From the NCBI GenBank assembly GCA_963749495.1, contig CAVVMW010000012.1, forward strand, positions 352,001 through 416,000: a stretch of 64,000 bases of DNA. The letters run 5' to 3'. The notes under the pieces were generated by a model that saw only the letters and a list, made by a program, of their open reading frames with translations, had not been told where the DNA came from and made no database searches. This DNA comes from an uncultured bacterium. GTDB lineage: Bacteria; Verrucomicrobiota; Verrucomicrobiia; Limisphaerales; UBA8199. This document shows positions 32,301 through 41,265 of this stretch, in pieces; the stretch's first letter is position 1, and each line of letters opens with the position of its first letter. Both the position numbers and the translations under genes were made by a program.

Positions 32301-33152
32301 CTTATTGAACTCGATTTCGAGGTTGCACTTCTCGGCCACTTCGAGCGTATTGGTGATCGCTGCGGGAATCTCGGCGAAGCGGTCCTTCATCTCCTGGGCT
32401 GAGCGCAGGTAGAACTGCTGCTGGGCGTAGCGCAGGCGCTTGGTGTCGGTCAGCAGGGCCTGCGTGCCGATGCAGATCAGGCAGTCGTGCGCGTGCCAGT
32501 GGGCCTGTTCGACGTAGTGGACGTCGTTGGTGGCCACCAGCTTGAGGCCGAACTCGGCCGCCAATTCGATGAGGTGCCGATTCACCTTGGCCTGCTCGGG
32601 CAGGCCATGGTGCTGGAGTTCGAGGTAGAAATTCTCCGCGCCCAGCGTTTGCTTGAACCAGTCAACCGTCTCGCGCGCCTTGGACAACTGGTCCTTGAGA
32701 ATCCACTCGGGGATTTCGCTGGCCAGGCAGCCCGAGAGGGCGATGAGCCCCTCTTTGTGGGCGGCCAGGAGTTCCTTGTCGATGCGCGGCTTGTAGTAGT
32801 AGCCTTCGATGTGCGCGGCGGTGACCAGGCGGATGAGGTTTTTGTAGCCCGCCTCGTCCTTGGCCAGCAAGACCAGGTGATGATAGACATCGCGGCCGCC
32901 GCTGGCCGTCTTTTTCTCGAACCGGCTGCCCGGCGCCACATAGACCTCGCAGCCGATAATCGGCTTGATGCCCTTGTCGAGCGCCGCCTTGTAGAAATCG
33001 ACCGCCCCATAGAGCACCCCGTGGTCGGTGATGGCCAGCGCGGGGAAGTTCAACTCCCGCGCCTTGTCCACCAACCGGTCCAAACGGCAGGCCCCATCGA
33101 GCAGTGAATACTCGGTGTGCAGGTGTAGATGGACGAAGTCCGCATGCGCCAT
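29397..33152 (-). CDS. dnaE: DNA polymerase III alpha subunit
   Basis: FVHLHLHTEYSLLDGA, RGSAAGS, PPDIDIDF, KMDFLGL, FAGYGFNKSH, GFYVTGHP. Confidence 0.99.
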   Translation of the reverse strand: MAHADFVHLHLHTEYSLLDGACRLDRLVDKARELNFPALAITDHGVLYGAVDFYKAALDKGIKPIIGCEVYVAPGSRFEKKTASGGRDVYHHLVLLAKDEAGYKNLIRLVTAAHIEGYYYKPRIDKELLAAHKEGLIALSGCLASEIPEWILKDQLSKARETVDWFKQTLGAENFYLELQHHGLPEQAKVNRHLIELAAEFGLKLVATNDVHYVEQAHWHAHDCLICIGTQALLTDTKRLRYAQQQFYLRSAQEMKDRFAEIPAAITNTLEVAEKCNLEIEFNKLHYPVFDPPAPFTREGYLRELVARGLRDRYGIHARTQDGGFVIESTVHPPSVAELLRPSSAVALLRREERTGSPQSTVQSPQSPDQISDSKSQISDPAVHSPESEDQISDPAVQAVMDRLQHELKVIEQTDFVSYFLIVGDFVRRGHEMGVACVARGSAAGSIVTYLLGISNVNPIRYGLLFERFLNPERVNPPDIDIDFADDRRGDVIEYVREKYGRQAVAQIVTFGTLGAKSVVRDVGRVMGLSYGDCDRLAKMIPPDLKMTLEKALKQSPELKAAYESEEVTRELIDTGLVLEDLTRNASVHAAGVVIGDQPLVNLLPLKQDEDGSIVTQYAMGPVGDLGLLKMDFLGLKTLTVIRNTCEMVRRTRGLEVPIEHLPLDDAPTYELLNKANTLGVFQLESGGMRDLCRKFQISSIEHITALIALYRPGPMELIPEYIARRQGEVRIEYEHPLLEPICRETYGVMVYQEQVMQAAQVLAGYTLGGADVLRRAMGKKKPEEMARQRETFVKGCARVNGIPAPKANQIFDLLEKFAGYGFNKSHAAAYAIVAYQTAFLKANYPVEFFCAMMTNDMADTAKLSEYIGEARAMGIEVLPPAVNQSQVRFAPAPGKAGPAAIRFGLAAIKGVGELAVEAILKAREQGGHFKTLHDLCERVDGRSLNRKVLEALIKAGACDGLGQTRATLFAQIERALARAAGVIADRQSGQSSLFGLLDPTAALEAPDAAQGLPEWPQHELLANEKALLGFYVTGHPLTPYADLLAKYSLANTRTFAGLDNRSLTRLGGMIAAVQSGISKKSGKPYALVTLEDLDGSIPILCFNDCYDKSRDRLQTGKPILALGEVNNTGDDKPKLFAQEIIPLEDAPQRFTRQVHLRLHTAHLKPENLDSVRALIAMHPGKCPLFLCFVRPSGEVIFVEAHEHFFVTPSRVLQQTADDLFGQETYFAKIDTTPPERPPRRWERQQSNGEQ
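31961..32170. repeat. In-frame insertion in dnaE: GTAG-type hairpin plus heptamer arrays
   Basis: 23-bp arms 32099-32121 and 32131-32153 (1 mismatch); (GGACTGT)n and (ATCTGAA)n; GGACCGCAGGATCTGAAATCTGA duplicated at 31961 and 32003. Confidence 0.9.
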
Positions 33153-33395
33153 GCCCCTAACTTACCGCCGGGGCGCTCGGCGGGGCAAGCAGGAGATATT
33201 CACAGCGACCGCGGAGGAGAAGCCAACGCGGGGGAATGCCGCGCGCTCCAGATCCCTCGCGAATGCCGCCGTACGTCCCTCCCTCGCGAAGCGTCTGGAG
33301 TGCGGCCCATGCCGCCGCTCTGGCTTTCATGCCGCGACTTTGTCAACGACCCTGCCGGGAACCCGGCCCATGTAACAAAAGCTCTTGCCACAAAA

Positions 33396-33420
33396 TCAAA
33401 CCCGTGTTACACGGGTTTGA
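33396..33420. promoter_or_regulatory. 25-bp palindrome directly before the methyltransferase start; probable operator
   Basis: TCAAACCCGTGT-T-ACACGGGTTTGA, 2 nt before ATG 33423; TTGCCA at 33385. Confidence 0.65.
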
Positions 33421-33422
33421 GC

Positions 33423-34514
33423 ATGGCCCGATCATCAACAACTTTTCGCCCAAAGTGGAAACTCGGAAATACCACGGTCATTCGCGTGCCTCACCGGTTC
33501 GCTCCAGCGGTGCTTCAATACGCGCACCAACTGGACGACCAGGCTCCAGCGCTGGAGTTGAAAGAGCCCGCGGTCGCTTACCGAACGGCTGAGGACGTCG
33601 AAATTACGAAGCCTGTTAATGTGGCTTCGGTTCCGCAACGCTCGCCCTTTCGCTACCCAGGCGGCAAGACATGGCTTGTCCCTTATATCCGGTCCTGGCT
33701 CGCGCGCAGCCCGAACCCATTCGGCGTCCTCGTCGAACCGTTCGCCGGTGGCGGCATCATCGGCCTGACCGCTGGTTTTGAAGGACTCGCCGAACACGTC
33801 GTTTTGGTCGAGCGCGACCCCAACGTCGCCGCGGTCTGGCACACAATTCTTGGCGGCCAGGCAAAATGGCTCGCTGACCAAATCCTGAATTTCGACCTGA
33901 CACGCGAGAACGTCACCGCCGTTCTGCGCCGGGAACCAACCAGCCAGCGCGAACGCGCGTTCGCCGTCATCCTCAGGAACCGGGTCCAAAGAGGGGGCAT
34001 CATGGCTGAGGGCGCGGGCCTTGTGAAGACCGGAGAGAACGGCCGCGGCCTGAATTCGCGCTGGTACCCGCAGACGCTCGCCCGGCGCATTCAGGAAATC
34101 GCAGGCGTGCGGGAACGGTTTTCCTTCGTCGAAGGCAACGCGTTTGAAGTTGTCCGCCGCTACTCCGACGAGGAAAGCGCCGCCTTCTTCGTTGACCCTC
34201 CCTACACCGTTGCGTCCAAGCGCCTGTATCTGCATTGGCAGATTGACCACCGTGACCTTTTCGGCCTGCTCGCCAAGGTCAAGGGAGACGCACTCCTCAC
34301 CTACGACAACACTCGCGAGATCGCCGCGCTGGCCTCAGAATTTGATTTCGAGACCCAGGCCGTTGGGAGCAAAGCGGCAACACATGCCAAACTCGACAAG
34401 CTGCTCGTTGGCAGGGCAATTTCGAGCTGGACAAGAGCTCACACTGACGTTACGAATGCCTATGAACGAAACCGAGAAACTCGCCGAACTTCGGAGTCTC
34501 CAAGCCCGCGTTGA
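33423..34514 (+). CDS. Dam/D12-class DNA amino-methyltransferase with N-terminal extension; C-terminus possibly frameshifted
   Basis: SPFRYPGGK, EPFAGGG, FFVDPPY, LLTYD. Confidence 0.92.
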   Translation: MARSSTTFRPKWKLGNTTVIRVPHRFAPAVLQYAHQLDDQAPALELKEPAVAYRTAEDVEITKPVNVASVPQRSPFRYPGGKTWLVPYIRSWLARSPNPFGVLVEPFAGGGIIGLTAGFEGLAEHVVLVERDPNVAAVWHTILGGQAKWLADQILNFDLTRENVTAVLRREPTSQRERAFAVILRNRVQRGGIMAEGAGLVKTGENGRGLNSRWYPQTLARRIQEIAGVRERFSFVEGNAFEVVRRYSDEESAAFFVDPPYTVASKRLYLHWQIDHRDLFGLLAKVKGDALLTYDNTREIAALASEFDFETQAVGSKAATHAKLDKLLVGRAISSWTRAHTDVTNAYERNRETRRTSESPSPR

Positions 34515-34776
34515 CGCTGTCCGCCGGGAACTCGGAATCAGTTCGCCGGGCCAGATTCTCTCCCTAAGCCCTCTCGGTACGGATAGCAATGTGGTCGTGG
34601 TCGAGGCCAATGGCTTTGGCGGTGCCACTACCAGCATTGTCGAAGGCAATTACCCGGTAGATTATGTCACCAAATTCGAGAAGTTTTTCGCGAGCGAGAA
34701 GGACGCCGGAGCGGCAGCCGAAGAACTGAGCTTCCGGCGCGCCGCCCCAGGGGACATTCTGGGCACACCAGCGTAG
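34462..34776 (+). CDS. Hypothetical protein
   Basis: ATG 34462 (MNETEKLAEL...) in ORF 34144-34776. Confidence 0.6.
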   Translation: MNETEKLAELRSLQARVDAVRRELGISSPGQILSLSPLGTDSNVVVVEANGFGGATTSIVEGNYPVDYVTKFEKFFASEKDAGAAAEELSFRRAAPGDILGTPA

Positions 34777-34782
34777 TGGGGG

Positions 34783-35706
34783 TCATTTGAGGCTGCTGGA
34801 GTACTCCCGCCTGAACTCCTCATAGACGACCCGCAGCACCTTCTGGCGGTCCTCTGGCTCCTCGAACCCGACAACCATCTTCAAGAGGTCCTCCTTGCTG
34901 ATGGACTGCACTTTCATGTCTATCAGGTACTTCTTCACATCCTTCGAGATGTCGTCAATCACAAGGATCACGTTTCCGTCCTGCAGCCGCTCGCTGTCGA
35001 AGTTGCCCTTGAGCTCCGCGTAGATCCTGTCGGCCTCCGACTCGGTGTAAACTCGGAGCTTCTTGACTTGATACACCACGCCAAAATTCGTGGAGAGGTC
35101 AACTCCCTTATCGTGCGCCAACGTCCGGGTGTCTCGGTAAACCTTGCAAGCAAATTTCTCGAGGTGAACCTTGATGACCGCGAAACTGAAAATCTCGAAA
35201 TTCGCCGGGGTTTTGCCAATCTGCTGGCGAATGAGCCCGACGAACTTTTCCTTGTCCTCGGCGTACACAACCCGGGTCGCCGCCGAGCCTAAAAGCGGCA
35301 CCGCACCCAGGCGCTCCTCAATATGGCCTTTAATCCGCCCGGGTATCCACCCACACAGCGACGTCGCGAAGGTAGTGTAGGGCGCGAGCAATTCGTACCT
35401 CAGGTGGCCCACCGATTTCAGTACACTGTAACGGTCCATCCGCGAACCGTAGGCGTCGTAATATTTAGCCCCGACATGCACGTCATGCCCCAAGAACTCC
35501 TTCAACTGCCTAACGGCAGCCTCGTACGCCTTCTTGATTTCAAGGTCGCTGAAAACCCGCTGGCCCTTCCCCACGAACAACTTCAGCAGCCCGAGGGTAA
35601 CCACGGGCATAATCACCTTCGTCTGCGAGTACTTCAGCATGCGGTCAATTTCGCGCCGGCAGAAGGACTCGGTCTCGGATGGTGGAGTTCTCAGGTTGTA
35701 TGCCAT
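34783..35706 (-). CDS. Putative PD-(D/E)xK restriction endonuclease, HaeII-family-like C-domain
   Basis: FEIFSFA...HL and T.AHDKGVDL.TNFGVVYQVK resemble the HaeII-type catalytic motif (D.G.D...NFG...Q.K); convergent with the methyltransferase. Confidence 0.65.
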   Translation of the reverse strand: MAYNLRTPPSETESFCRREIDRMLKYSQTKVIMPVVTLGLLKLFVGKGQRVFSDLEIKKAYEAAVRQLKEFLGHDVHVGAKYYDAYGSRMDRYSVLKSVGHLRYELLAPYTTFATSLCGWIPGRIKGHIEERLGAVPLLGSAATRVVYAEDKEKFVGLIRQQIGKTPANFEIFSFAVIKVHLEKFACKVYRDTRTLAHDKGVDLSTNFGVVYQVKKLRVYTESEADRIYAELKGNFDSERLQDGNVILVIDDISKDVKKYLIDMKVQSISKEDLLKMVVGFEEPEDRQKVLRVVYEEFRREYSSSLK

Positions 35707-35846
35707 GAGGGGCGCTCAGTGTTCAGTGGTTTGAAGGGACAAATCTGGCTTTTGTACGGGGCCGAGGAAAGCTCTCGAATCCGCGCCGGGGGAAGCGCGC
35801 TGAAATCAAAGCCATACAACTCACCAGTGCCGTAACGCAAGGGCAT
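35691..35846 (-). pseudogene. Short N-terminal stub resembling a NotI-family endonuclease start
   Basis: MPLRYGTGELYGFDF...ICPFK, like the GE.(Y/F)G...CPF start of NotI-like enzymes; ends after about 50 aa. Confidence 0.4.
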
Positions 35847-35946
35847 GGCCAACCATACCAAGAACCGCTGGCGCACGAAAGCCCGAAAATGGGGACAGCC
35901 ATAACACCAACGTTGACGGACTGGGCTCTCCTGGTAGCATCAGGGG

Positions 35947-36125
35947 GTGAAAGTCCGCGAAGCGATAAAGCTGGTTGAGCGGGACGGCTGGTACCTGCAC
36001 CGGACACGCGGCAGCCACCGGCACTTCACGCACATGGCGAAGCCGGGTATCGTTACCATCGCCGGTCATCCGGGTGTTGACATTCCGAAAGGCACTTTGT
36101 GAAGCACGCGGGGTTGAGTGACTGA
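35947..36125 (+). pseudogene. hicA: HicA toxin with a frameshift near the C-terminus
   Basis: MKVREAIKLVERDGWYLHRTRGSHRHFTH..KPG.VTIAGHPG.DIPKGTL* (TGA 36100-36102); the expected tail KHAGLSD* follows in another frame. Confidence 0.85.
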
Positions 36126-36128
36126 TTT

Positions 36129-36344
36129 ATGCGCTACGCGATTGTTGTTGAGAGAGGACCAACCAGCTACGGGGCCTACGTTCCGGATCTTCCGGGATGC
36201 GTGGCTGCCGCCGAAGGCCGAGATGAGGTGCTCCGGCTCATTCGGGAGGCGATCCAGTTCCATTTGGAAGAGATGCGCAAAGCAGGCCTCACGCCGCCGG
36301 AGGCGTCGTCCAGTGCCGAATACGTCGAGGTGGTGGCGGCCTAA
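36129..36344 (+). CDS. hicB: HicB antitoxin
   Basis: MRYAIVVE.G..SYGAYVPDLPGCVA......EV....REAI.FHLE. Confidence 0.92.
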   Translation: MRYAIVVERGPTSYGAYVPDLPGCVAAAEGRDEVLRLIREAIQFHLEEMRKAGLTPPEASSSAEYVEVVAA

Positions 36345-37303
36345 CCCGACTTGCTCCCCGTGCTGGCCTGGGCGGAAGCGCCGGACAAAGTTGTCTCGCA
36401 CCCCTGGGACGGCGTGCGGGGGCAGGGTTCGAATGGTCGGAAGCTTCCGCAAAAATTGGCAAGAACCGGCGAGGCATCGTCGCGGTGCCAGGCCAGGACC
36501 GTCTGGACCGGCGGCAGGCCCGGAGGCAGGGGCCGAAAGACCAGGCCGGGACGTTTGACTTCGCCCAGGCTGGCGGTGGTGGGGGCGATGCCGAAGCCGG
36601 CGGAGATGAGCCACATCTTGGTTTGCACGTCGTGGACGTATTGGACGGGGCGCGGCTTGGCGCCCGCCTTGGCGCACTCGGCAAAGAAGGAGTCGTAGAA
36701 GCCATGCTGGGCGGCCGGGTGGATGAGGACCATCTCTTCATCGTGGAAGTCGCTCCATTTGAGCCGTCGTTTTCTGGCCAGGCGGTGGCCGGCGGGCAGG
36801 GCCAGGGCCTGGGCCATCTCGCCGATGAATTTGTAAGCCAACTCGGGGAAGGGGATGGGCGGCCGGAGCAGGCCGGCATCCAGTTCGCGCGCGTTGAGGC
36901 GGCGCAACTGCTCGGTGCTGGTCAACTCGAAGAGCGAGATCTGGATGCCCGGGAACCGCTGGCGGAAGCGGCGCAGGCTGCCCGCCAGCCACGCGTTGGC
37001 CAGGGGGGTGATCATGCCCACACGCAGCGTGCCGGCCAGGCCGCGGCTGGCCTCGCGCGCCCGCTGCCCGGCATGGACGGAGGCCTCCAGCACCGCCCGC
37101 GCCTCTTCCAGGAAGACCCGCCCCGCATGGGTCAGTTGCACCGAGCGGGTGGTCCGCTCCAAGAGCCGGACGCCCAGCTCGCCCTCGAGGTCCTTGACCT
37201 GCGCGCTCAACGGGGGCTGGGCGATGTGCAGCCTTTGGGCGGCCCCGCGGAAGCTCAGCGCCTCGGCCACCGCCACGAAGTAACGGAGATGTCGCAATTC
37301 CAT
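36341..37303 (-). CDS. LysR family regulator (BenM/CatM/HcaR-like)
   Basis: MELRHLRYFVAVAE.LSF..AA.RLHIAQPPLS.Q. Confidence 0.96.
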   Translation of the reverse strand: MELRHLRYFVAVAEALSFRGAAQRLHIAQPPLSAQVKDLEGELGVRLLERTTRSVQLTHAGRVFLEEARAVLEASVHAGQRAREASRGLAGTLRVGMITPLANAWLAGSLRRFRQRFPGIQISLFELTSTEQLRRLNARELDAGLLRPPIPFPELAYKFIGEMAQALALPAGHRLARKRRLKWSDFHDEEMVLIHPAAQHGFYDSFFAECAKAGAKPRPVQYVHDVQTKMWLISAGFGIAPTTASLGEVKRPGLVFRPLPPGLPPVQTVLAWHRDDASPVLANFCGSFRPFEPCPRTPSQGCETTLSGASAQASTGSKSG

Positions 37304-37305
37304 GC

Positions 37306-37330
37306 GATTGATACTATTCGCGTATCAATC
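37306..37330. promoter_or_regulatory. LysR recognition box
   Basis: GATTGATAC-N7-GTATCAATC (ATAC-N7-GTAT) between the divergent lysR and RND genes. Confidence 0.8.
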
Positions 37331-37385
37331 TGGAAGCAAACGAGTATTGGCTTTGCGAGGCGGCTTGTGCCCATAATGGGCGCTC

Positions 37386-40300
37386 ATGTGGATCGTTCGT
37401 TTAGCGTTGCGCCGGCCTTACACCTTCGTGGTGGCGTCGCTGGTCCTGCTGCTGCTCACCCCGTTCGTGCTCTTGCGCACCCCGACGGACATCTTCCCCT
37501 CGATCAACATCCCGGTCGTCAGCATCATCTGGAGCTACTCCGGGCTGGACGCCCAGGAGATCGAGCAGCGCATCAACTACAACCAGGAACGCTCGCTCAC
37601 GACCACCGTCAACGACATCGAGCACATCGAGTCCACCGCCTACAACGGCGTGGGGGTCATCAAGGTCTTTTTCCGCGAGGGGACCTCGGTGGATGGCGGC
37701 GTGGCGCAGGTGACGGCGATTGCGCAGACGATGCTGCGCCAGTTGCCGCCGGGCACGACGCCCCCGCTCATCATCCGCTATAGCGCCTCGACCGTGCCGG
37801 TCCTCCAATACAGCATGAGCAGCCCCAAGCTCTCCGAGCAGGAGGTCTTTGACCTGAGCGCCAACCAGGTCCGCGTCGGTCTGGCCACCGTCCAGGGCGC
37901 CTCGATGCCCTGGCCCTACGGCGGCAAGGCCAGATTGGTCGCGGTGGACCTCAACCTGACGGCGCTCAAGGCGAAGAACCTGGCCCCGGTGGACGTGATC
38001 AACGCCATCAACGCGCAGAACCTGATCTTCCCCAGCGGCACGGCCAAAATCGGCGGGAGCGAGTACGCCGTCGAACTCAACACCAGCCCCAAGGCGCTCG
38101 ACGAACTGGGCGAGTTGCCGATCAAGACCGTCAATGGCGCGGTCATCCGCGTGAACGACGTGGCGCAGGTGCGGGACGGCTACATCCCGCAGCAGAACGT
38201 GGTGCGCAACGACGGGGTGCGCGGCGCGCTGCTGAGCATCTACAAGACCGGCAGCGCCTCGACCCTGGACGTGGTCAGCGGCATCAAGAAGGCCCTGCCG
38301 CGCGTGCTGGCCGGGCTGACCTCGGACCTGGTGGTCAAGGAATTCGCCGACCAATCGATCTTCGTGCGGGCGGCCATCTCGGGGGTCATCCGGGAGGGGA
38401 CCATCGCGGCGGCGCTCACGGCCTTGATGATCCTGCTGTTCCTGGGTTCGTGGCGGAGCACGTTGATTATCGCGCTGTCGATCCCGTTGTCGGTCCTGAC
38501 CTCGATAGCTGTCCTGAGCGCGCTGCACGAGACGATCAACCTGATGACCCTGGGCGGCCTGGCCCTGGCGGTGGGCATCCTGGTGGACGACGCCACGGTG
38601 GCCATCGAGAACATCCACCGCCACATGGCCTCGGGAAAGCCGCTGGACGACGCCATCCTGGACGGCTCCCAGGAGATAGCGATGCCGGCGTTTGTCTCGA
38701 CGCTCTGCATCTGCATCGTGTTCGTGCCGATGTTCTTCCTCACGGGCGTGGCGCACTACCTGTTCGTGCCGCTGGCCGAGGCGGTGGTGTTCGCGATGCT
38801 GGCCAGCTACGTGCTCTCGCGGACGCTGGTGCCCACGCTGGTCATGTGGTTCTACCGCCACGCCCGGCTTTATTCAGCGGGAAGTGGGATGGGGCACGCC
38901 ACGCTACCCCTCACCCCGGCCCTCTCCCCATCGGATGGGGAGAGGGAGAAGACACCTCAGCGCGCGATCTCTCCTGCGCCATGCACGCCGGAGCATCACG
39001 CCCCCGAGCAAGCCACCGGAGCAACCTGGCGGCATCCGCTGGCGGCACTGCAGGCCGCGTTCCAGAGCGGCTTCGAACGGTTCCGCGCCGGCTATGGCGT
39101 CCTGCTGGGAGCGGCCCTGGAGCGGCGCGGGAAGTTCGCAGCGGTGTTCCTGGCCTTCTGCCTGGGCTCGCTGTTGCTGGTGCCGCAATTGGGCCAGGAC
39201 TTTTTCCCGAACGGTGGATGCGGGCCAATTCCGGCTGCACGTGCGGACCCGCAGCGGCACCCGCATCGAGGAGATGGCCATGCTGACCGATGAGGTCGAG
39301 CGGGTCGTCCGCCAGGAGATCCCCGCCGAGGAGGTCCGCGGCCTGATGGACAACGTCGGCATCCCCGCTTCGAGCATCAACCTCAGTTACAACGACAGCG
39401 GGCTGTTGGGCACGGGGGACGCGGACATCCTGGTCTCGCTGCGGGCCGAGCACCGGCCCACGGCCCTCTATGTGGAGCGGCTGCGGGCCCGGCTCAACCG
39501 CGCGTTCCCGGGCATGACCTTTTACTTCCTGCCGGCCGACATCGTCAGCCAGTCGATCAACTTCGGCCTGCCCGCCCCGTTCGACATCCAGGTGGTCGGC
39601 CGCGATCAGACCCGGAACCGGGAAGTGGCCGCGCGGCTGGCCGAACGGATTCGCCGGGTGCCCGGCGCGGTGGACGTGCGGGTGCAACAACCGGCCGACC
39701 TTCCCAAGTTCGAGGTGGCCGTGGACCGCACCAAGGCCTCGGAGATGGGCCTGTTCGAAGTTGACGCAGCCAATGCCTTGCTGCTGAGCCTGAGCGGCAG
39801 CGGCCAGGTCCAGCCGGTCTTCTGGATCGATCCCAAGGTGGGCATTCAGTACCTGGTGGCGGTGCGCGTGCCGCAGTACCAGATCGATTCCCTCTCCACC
39901 CTCGGGGCCATCCCCGTCAATGCCAGCCGGCCGGGACAGGGCGACGCCGCCTTGCTGGCGAACCTGGCCACCGTTACCCGCACCAACGGCCCGGCCGTCA
40001 TTTCGCATTACAACATCATGCCGGTCATCGATGTCTATGGCGGCGTCAGCGGCCGCGACCTGGGCGGCCTGCTGCGCGACCTCAAGCCCCTCATCGCCCA
40101 GGCCGAACGCGAGCTGCCCAAGGGCAGTTTCATCACGCTCCGGGGCCAGGCCGAGACGATGCACTCCAGCTTTGCCGGCCTGGGCATGGGCATGGTCATG
40201 GCCATGGTGCTCATCTACCTGCTGCTGGTCGTCAATTTCCAGAGCTGGCTGGACCCCTTCATCATCATCACCGCCTTGCCCGGCGCCCTGGCCGGCGTGG

Positions 40301-41265
40301 CCTGGGCCTTGCACTTGACGCTCACCACCGTGAGCGTGCCGGCGCTGATGGGGGCGATCATGAGCCTGGGTGTAGCCACAGCCAATTCCGTGCTCGTGGT
40401 CACCTTTGCCCGGAACGGGTTGGGCCAGGGCCTGGACCCGGCCCGCGCCGCCTGGGAGGCCGGTGTCAGCCGCCTCCGCCCCGTCTTGATGACGGCCTCG
40501 GCCATGGTCATCGGGATGTTTCCCATGGCGCTGGCCTTGGGCGAAGGCGGCGAGCAGAATGCGCCCTTGGGCCGCGCCGTCATCGGCGGTCTGATCGTTG
40601 CAACCCTCGCCACGCTCTTCTTCGTCCCGCTCGTCTTCGGTATCCTGCACCGCCATGCCCCGGCTGCGGCGCCCGCCCCCGAGGCCGCGGCCTCGGCCCC
40701 GCCCCTGCAAACGCCTGACGACATCCAAGCCATGAAAGAATGCCTCGGCACGCAATATCAAGCCCGCCGAATCCATCCCGGAGGGATGGAAGAAGGTAGC
40801 CGGGGGTCGAAGCGTAGCGAGACCCCCGGTTCGGCGACGGCGTGCGCCGGCATCCCGGAGGGATGCCAGAGGGCGGCCTGCCCCGGGCGCGTGCGTCTCT
40901 GGCACCCCGTTCCGGGGTGCGGGGTCCCCTTTGCCGCTCACCGGGGGTCGCGGCATCGCCGCGACCCCCGGCTACCTTCTGGCAACCCTCCGGGTTGCCC
41001 CGCGTGTGCGCAGGGGCAGCTCCCCATCCATGACTCCTGCCCCCGTAGCCGTGGCATTGCTTCTGGGAAGTGCCGCAGGCAGCGCGGGCGGGCCGGGGCG
41101 GAAATTAGGAATTCGAAGGTTCGAAGCTCGACTGCCAAATGGGTTTTGGACATTTTTGTTTCCGATTTTGAATTTGTTTCGGATTTCGGATTTGGGATTT
41201 CGGATTTGCGGTTCCGCCGCGGTATGTCCCTTTTGTCCTTGTTCCGTCCTCCAGAGTACCCATGA
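37386..41265 (+). CDS. RND efflux permease; frameshift near 39210; repeat-derived C-terminal tail
   Basis: DIFP.INIPVV, VGILVDDATV.IENI, DFFP|VDAGQ junction, RLRPVLMT, GGEQNAPLGRAVIGGL; homology ends near 40650 but the frame stays open to 41265. Confidence 0.92.
38907..38949. repeat. REP-like hairpin in frame in the RND central loop
   Basis: CCCCTCACCCCGGCCCTCTCCCCATCGGATGGGGAGAGGGAGA, encoding PLTPALSPSDGERE. Confidence 0.88.
40774..40997. repeat. Four-palindrome REPIN-like element (CATCCCGGAGGGATG family)
   Basis: AGAAGGTAGCCGGGGGTCG / CGACCCCCGGCTACCTTCT arms plus four short palindromes. Confidence 0.88.
41155..41207. repeat. Heptamer array (ATTTCGG-like)
   Basis: TTTCGGATTTCGGATTTGGGATTTCGGATTT. 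Confidence 0.8.
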
